A stretch of 64,000 nt of DNA from Carpediemonas membranifera BICM. Its lineage: Eukaryota; Protista; Fornicata. The notes under the pieces were generated by a model. That model saw nothing but the letters and a program-made list of their open reading frames with translations, had not been told where the DNA came from and searched no databases. The position numbers and the translations under genes are program-made. The stretch's first letter is position 1. Each line of letters starts with the position of its first letter. Of the stretch, positions 58,401 to 64,000 are shown in pieces. The DNA is taken from contig JAHDYR010000046.1 of the NCBI GenBank assembly GCA_019828565.1, positions 1 through 64,000 on the forward strand, written 5' to 3'.

Positions 58401-59230
58401 TTCCGGCTTGACCCTTGGCTTCCCTGTCTTGTGTATGGCCGACACTGTGGCATACTTCCATGCTTTGGGTACGTCGCCCTCCCTGTAGACCCTGTTGATG
58501 AGCCTCGTCACTTCCCTAAGGCCTTTCTCATCCAGCTCTCTCAGCATGTCTCCAGATGTGAGGTCAGGCCCTGGTGCGGTGTCCCTCCTGATCCTTTTGA
58601 TTGCGGCTTTGACCTCGCTTTCCTTGAACTCATTTCCGTCCCTGCCCCTCCATGTCTTCCAGGTGGGTTCCCTGCCTCTGCTGACTCTAGCATACTGTTG
58701 CAAGAGGATCTCGCTGATGGCCGCCTTGTCCGTGGTTATCACTCCGTCCTTGAGGAGGCTCTCCGGCATTCCCTTGTATTGGTTGTCACACCACCAACTT
58801 CTGATGGCAGCTTCCACTGAGGCCCTTGAGGCCCTATACCCCCCTTTTGCACTTCTGCTGATGTCGGCCACCCATTTGGCCCTGCGCTCTCCCCAGTATT
58901 TCTCCAGCTCCTCTTTCATCCTTTCCTTCCTGGTCCTGTTGCCTATTTCTGTCCATGGGGTTCGCTGGAGTTCGCTCCACACTCCGTTCCCGAACACTTT
59001 GTCCCTTGCCTTTGCTCCCCTGTTGTTCACTGGGTCGCCCATGCATGCTCTTATAGTCTCTTCCCATTGGTCCGAGCTCTTGATCCTGTTCAGCTTTGAG
59101 ACTGTGACTGGCCCCTCCTTCTTTTTCATGGGCCAGGTGTGCACCTCGGGTATGGCCAGAGCCACGTCTCGCTCACTTCTGCCATAGTACCGTTGTTCCT
59201 TCCATGCTAGTGTGATTCCATTGTGTGCTG
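55479..59230 (-). mobile_element. LINE family A copy 2, 5' truncated, with complete ~1.06-kb 3' UTR and A-rich tail
   Basis: Inverted near-identical copy of 12099-15561; (CTCA5-7)-type tail at 55479-55509. Confidence 0.9.
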
Positions 59231-60808
59231 CGGCGCCCAAGAGTACTGTTCTGAAGCTGCAGGGAGAGGGGGGCCTAAAACCCCTTCGAAGAAGGGTAAA
59301 AAGATGACCCACGCGGGTCGGCCAGCTCACAACTTCCAGCTCTTGGCGCTGCGGGACTCTGTGCTCCGAGCCCGATGGGGCTCCCTCAGGACGATGATCG
59401 AGGAGGTCCTGAGACCGGGGAGGACGGTGGCGTTTTCCTATGTAAGCGAGGGAACCTACCAGTCACGCGTCACAAAGTACACTCAACATATGTGTGAGCT
59501 TGGTGTCGTCACGCCTGCTCAGGGTCAGGGGGTCCTTGAAAAGGAGGATGGGGTTAATCTTGAAGTGGTCGCACTTAGCCAAGTGGGTCTGGTTCAGGAC
59601 AACCCACGTCCTGGATCTCAGCACTGCTAAGGTCTTGGTAGGGGACGTCAGGATCTCAATCACAGCCGCGGCGATGGCCTCACCCTGACAGAGAGGACAT
59701 GCCTCAAGAGCTGCGGCGGCTTCCGGTTCATCCTTCAGGTCCTGTAGGATTCCCCTGACCGGCTGCCACGCGTCAGGAAGAGCCCCTCTCGTTGGCATAG
59801 GTAGACACGATAGCCGTAGCATCGCGAGGCGCTTCGCTGGCCCAGCCGTTAGATGGTCGAGGTATGGCTGCCTGGCCGGGTAGTTAGAGCGGGTAAAAGG
59901 GCGGGTGAGTGCCGACTCCGTGACGTATCTCCTGACAGCCACTTTGTTACCACGGCAGATTATGTCGTGAGAGAGCTGGGCTGCTCGACAGGCTGCTAGG
60001 TCAAGGCTGTCGGAGTGGGACAGGCCAAGGCTGCCTTGTGCCTCAGCAATGCAGTCTGGGAGATCCTTGCCCGGATGGATTCTCGCCCATCTCACCCCTT
60101 GCTTGAATCTGTCCAGCAGGAGCATTGCCTCTGGATGCAGCCAGCCTAGCTCCAGGTACTTCGCCTCCGATGCAGTTGGGCTGATCCTTAGGGCTGCCGA
60201 TGCAAGCTTGCCTACCTGGGAGACAGCCTTATGATTAGCCCAGACGCTCCACCCGTACAGCAGCTTGGGGAGGGTGTAGACCTCTACAATGCGAGGACAG
60301 AACTTGGAGTGCATCACGCCGCTAGCTCTCAGTAGTCGTAGCTCTCTGTCTATCCTTTCGCCCATAGTCCTATTCTGGGTGGAGAAGTCTCGGGACGTAT
60401 CGAAGAGGACCCCTAGGAGCTTGACCGCGTCTCTCTTAATGACTGGATTGCCACGGATGGTGAGGGAGGGGGTGTCGTCCTCTGAGACATAGGTGGTCTT
60501 ATCGTTGGGCTCCAAGGATAGCGCTAGCATGCATGTCCATGCCGCCGTAAGTGCTGCCTCCAACCACTTAAGGGAGGGAGCTACTATTGTAATGTCATCA
60601 ACGAACAGGACTGTGACAATCCAGGGAACGCACGGCCTTGCTGCCACTCGTCTCAGGGTCTCTATGTCGGGAGGAAGCTTCTCAATTGCTTCCTTCCCTA
60701 GAGCGGTTAAGCTTGCAATGATGTGAGGGACTTCCGCAAGGTATCTTGTGAAGATGAAGGGAGCAGTGGTGCATCCTTGCCGTACTCCTGTGTTGGTAGC
60801 GGCGCTAG
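59231..60808 (-). mobile_element. LINE family B fragment (RT C-half, CCHC-like region, 3' UTR), cut by the DNA transposon at 60809
   Basis: TGVRQGCTTAPFIF, FVDD, KLLG, CPLC..HLAKC; ORF stops at 59463. Confidence 0.82.
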
Positions 60809-63800
60809 CATACTGTCAATTCCTTGACTTCAAGTCAAGTTTTTGTGACTTAAAGTCAAGGCCAAAACTTGACTTTAAGTCAAGACGTTTGAATTAATCA
60901 GAGGAACCAGGCTCTGTCAGTAAATAAGAATGGTATGGCTGGGTAGCAGTACTAGTTCTCTATTCACTGCATTGATGGCTAACTGTGGGCTAAGCTGTGA
61001 CCTGAGTATGGGTGACTTCTTCTTGACGACGAGAGCCATTTTTTTCAAGTTCGACCACTTTGGCTCTGTCCCCTTCGCAGTTTTTTGCAGGATCTGATCT
61101 ACACCAGTAGTGCTTGTGATCCAACAAAAATCTGCGAAGGGGACAGAACAGATCTCGAGATTTTTAGCAAAAGACTCGGGCCGAGTCGAGAGGCGTTATT
61201 GATGAGCGCACAGCTCAGGGAATTTTTCTACGCTGCAACTAAAAACCAAGAGGCCGAGTAAACACAAGTATTACTACACGATGATGCCCAGACCGTCGTG
61301 TAAGGAGAACATTCTTGGGCGGTCAACGCGAAGAAAAAGTTAAAGTTATTGGAATTAAAAAGACGGCAATGTACTCGCCCTTGGCTGAAACCTCAGGCAT
61401 AATGGTTTCAGGTGTGAACTCTTCCAATTGGGGGAGTTATTGTTATTGTTCAGTTTAAGGTCACGCCGCCTGCATGAAAAAAATGGTAATGACGGAAGCA
61501 ATGTCGGAGATATCCAGAAATGACTGTGATAGAGCTCATAGCAAGACAGCATTCGAGATATTTGCCCATCTGAGCATGCTTTCGCTCATTCTAGATGGCA
61601 TAAGCCTCTTTTCCCACAACTAATCAATATCAAGTCGGCCATTACTCAGTATCGCTCGCTCAGACATCTGAAACGTCCCCATTGGCAATATAACCCTGCT
61701 GGAACAGTGAAGTGGCGAGCATAGAGTTCTATTGATGACGAAAGGTTGCGACCGGCAAGCGCCTGGTTCATACGGCCATTTGGGGCGGCGCGAGAGCCAA
61801 TCTCGTTAATGAAAGGTAGGATGATGCGCGTATGAGTGTTTGTAGGGTCACTAACGACCTTAATGACGAGTTAGGACGTGTGGCAGGGCCGTGCGCTGCC
61901 GGAATACACAGGGCAGATTCGCCCCGTTGATTCCAGAAGCTCGCCGCTCTTCCACGCACGATAGTCAATACAGGGATAGATACACATCTGGACCTCTTTT
62001 ATACAGCCAACCAGGCTCCGCATAAACTGCGCATTTCAGATGACGCCCGATGAAGAAAACACACGAGCGACGCCGGTATCGCCGGCGAAACGTATAGCAT
62101 TAACGATTGAAGGGATAGAATTGGAGCTAGACGTTGTTTATGGGATTCAACGAGCGCACTTCATTGATTCTCGCATTGATGGTGAATTAGAGCAGATGAA
62201 GCGCTGCACGGCAAGGATCAAGACATTTTGTTCATACTACATAGCAAATTACAACGAGTTTTCGATGTGAATAGATCTGTAAATAGAGAGAAACCTGTAG
62301 CAGCCGATAAACACTGTCAGTCAACAGCCCAACCGAAGACACGCCAAAACACAAGCACAAGTCAGTTTTACTCAGTTTGATTCCCGCAATTGCAGAGTAG
62401 TTCTCATGGCAGTCTTTGCAGAGATTGCAGAGATGATGGGGTGGAGACACTCGATATTTGCATTTGTAGATGAGTTGGAGATAAATGTAGTCACTGACGC
62501 TAATCACCTTTTTGCAATGACACGGATGACGGAGTTCGTCATTCAATCTCGTTGCGAGCCATAAAGTGCACCAATAGTGGGAACCGACTTCCCACTATTT
62601 TCTCAGTGCCAATGAGCTATAGAGCTTTATTGAGGATATAAGCTTGCATAATAACACATCAATAGCGTCTGACGGCCGCTATGGCCCATGATACTCAATA
62701 CCAACATCAAACGAGTCAAAGGAACCACGAAACCACACAAGGAACGAGCTAGAAGAAACGATAGGAACTTTAATTGCATAAACAACATCAATGCTGCCAC
62801 CAGCTGTCCAGTCAGCGCCCCAAAGCCAACAGCACCACGGCAGCACCACGACGCCACCGCAATTCATTCATTTACTACTGACTCATTCCACAAAATAACA
62901 GTCATCCTCTGTGTTCTGTTGGGCAGACAGGTGCGATTCTGCCTTCCTCAGCTCAACAGGTGTTGCATGGTACACTTCCGCGTGTGCTGTGACGTCAGTT
63001 GGCGTGCCGGAGATATAAATGTAGTCATTGACGCCAATCACGTTTGCAATGACACGGATGACGGACATGCTCGCATTAGTGTTTGTCAGGGTGATGTAAC
63101 CCTTGTCTCTACCCTGGAAGAAGACGATTGTGCCGTCCTGGATGGATGCAATGGGCATGTTGTGAATCTGTGACCAGACCTGAATTGCGGTGTCCCGGCA
63201 GTATGGAAGACTGTCGTTCTTGCCACCCTTGCCTGTTGACTGGCATGGCTGTAAAAAGAGCTGATTGTCTGCCGGAAGTAGGTCGCGCTTCTGCATAATC
63301 CCTGCAGCAGCTTGAAGCTGCTTACGCCAATCTGTTGTCGGTACGTCACGCTCGTTAGACACATGCCTGAGGCAGTGGCCAACACAGTCACCATCGCCTG
63401 GGGGGTTGTACGGCTTGAACTTCGACCGGAGGTGACGTGTGAACTCGTCCAGGCAGTCCTCTCTCTCCTCGGTCTGGACATCCTTGTCATCTGTCGGGGT
63501 ACGGTCGTCACCTTCGTTCATCTCAGTTCCAGTCTCGCAGGTCACAGGTCTGGCCTTCTCGGGCTCAGTCTGGATACAGGCGTCGCATTTGGTCACGTCC
63601 TCCTCATCTGACTCACCCTTCTTCTCAACAGTCACCTCCTCCTCTATCTCCTCCTCCTCTGACTCCTCCTCCGAGTCCTCTGGCCTGGCCTTCTTGGGCG
63701 TGATGATGAGGGCCTTGCGCTTCACAGACATGGAGGCCTCGGGCTCGTCCGTATCGCGTCGGGGACAGGAAGTCCTGGAGACTGTGCCAGACTGTGGCGG

Positions 63801-64000
63801 GATGGGGCTGCATGGGAGTGATGCATCTATGGACTTGTCAGCGTCATAGGCTGCCTCTCGCTCAGCCTGCTGCTGCAGAAGGCGTCGATGCAGCGTGATG
63901 ACTTCCTCACTCTTTGCCGTCAAGCTCTTCCTCAACTGCTTGACTCTCTTCTTGTATCCTCGAACAATTTTTGTGATAGTAATCGATGATAGCGCCAGTA
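60809..64000. mobile_element. Left part of another cargo-carrying CMC-like transposon
   Basis: Starts CATACTG exactly where the LINE RT breaks; three GACTTNAAGTC palindromes (60823-60884), as in the giant element's TIR; carries an OTU homolog. Confidence 0.75.
62883..64000 (-). CDS. Coiled-coil + OTU-like protease, partial
   Basis: PGDGDCVGHCL..TAHAEVY; shares the SPxPPQSGT..EASMSVKRKAL..ARPEDSEEE linker with 31296-32945. Confidence 0.72.
   Translation of the reverse strand, partial: LALSSITITKIVRGYKKRVKQLRKSLTAKSEEVITLHRRLLQQQAEREAAYDADKSIDASLPCSPIPPQSGTVSRTSCPRRDTDEPEASMSVKRKALIITPKKARPEDSEEESEEEEIEEEVTVEKKGESDEEDVTKCDACIQTEPEKARPVTCETGTEMNEGDDRTPTDDKDVQTEEREDCLDEFTRHLRSKFKPYNPPGDGDCVGHCLRHVSNERDVPTTDWRKQLQAAAGIMQKRDLLPADNQLFLQPCQSTGKGGKNDSLPYCRDTAIQVWSQIHNMPIASIQDGTIVFFQGRDKGYITLTNTNASMSVIRVIANVIGVNDYIYISGTPTDVTAHAEVYHATPVELRKAESHLSAQQNTEDDCYFVE

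Overview
Eukaryotic, apparently intron-poor transposon nest (probably a protist; organism not identifiable from sequence alone). Frameshifts recur at homopolymers and look like long-read errors. The only clear host gene is tRNA-Arg(ACG) at 18191-18264. Contents: three Ty3/gypsy families (one complete, chromodomain-bearing, 104-bp LTRs, 5-bp TSD), five PAT/DIRS-type tyrosine-recombinase (YR) retrotransposons plus a solo remnant, two APE-LINE-type families, and two tandem CRE-like RLE retrotransposons at the tRNA 3' end (17-bp target repeats). The main discovery is a 21.8-kb DNA transposon (26119-47945) with ~60-bp TIRs starting CATGCTG, a 2-bp TSD and a CMC/Chapaev-like DDE transposase. Its cargo is chromatin/signalling-type: two OTU-like proteases, a catalytically degenerate YR, a Ser/Thr kinase, a SET domain, a HEPN domain, tandem PHD fingers and two orphan ORFs. 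The cargo genes are separated by a recurring ~380-600-bp spacer, like cassettes. A 3.7-kb relative is nested inside it (38267-42003), and a third member starts at 60809. The gypsy elements have no tRNA primer-binding site and carry a conserved palindrome instead.
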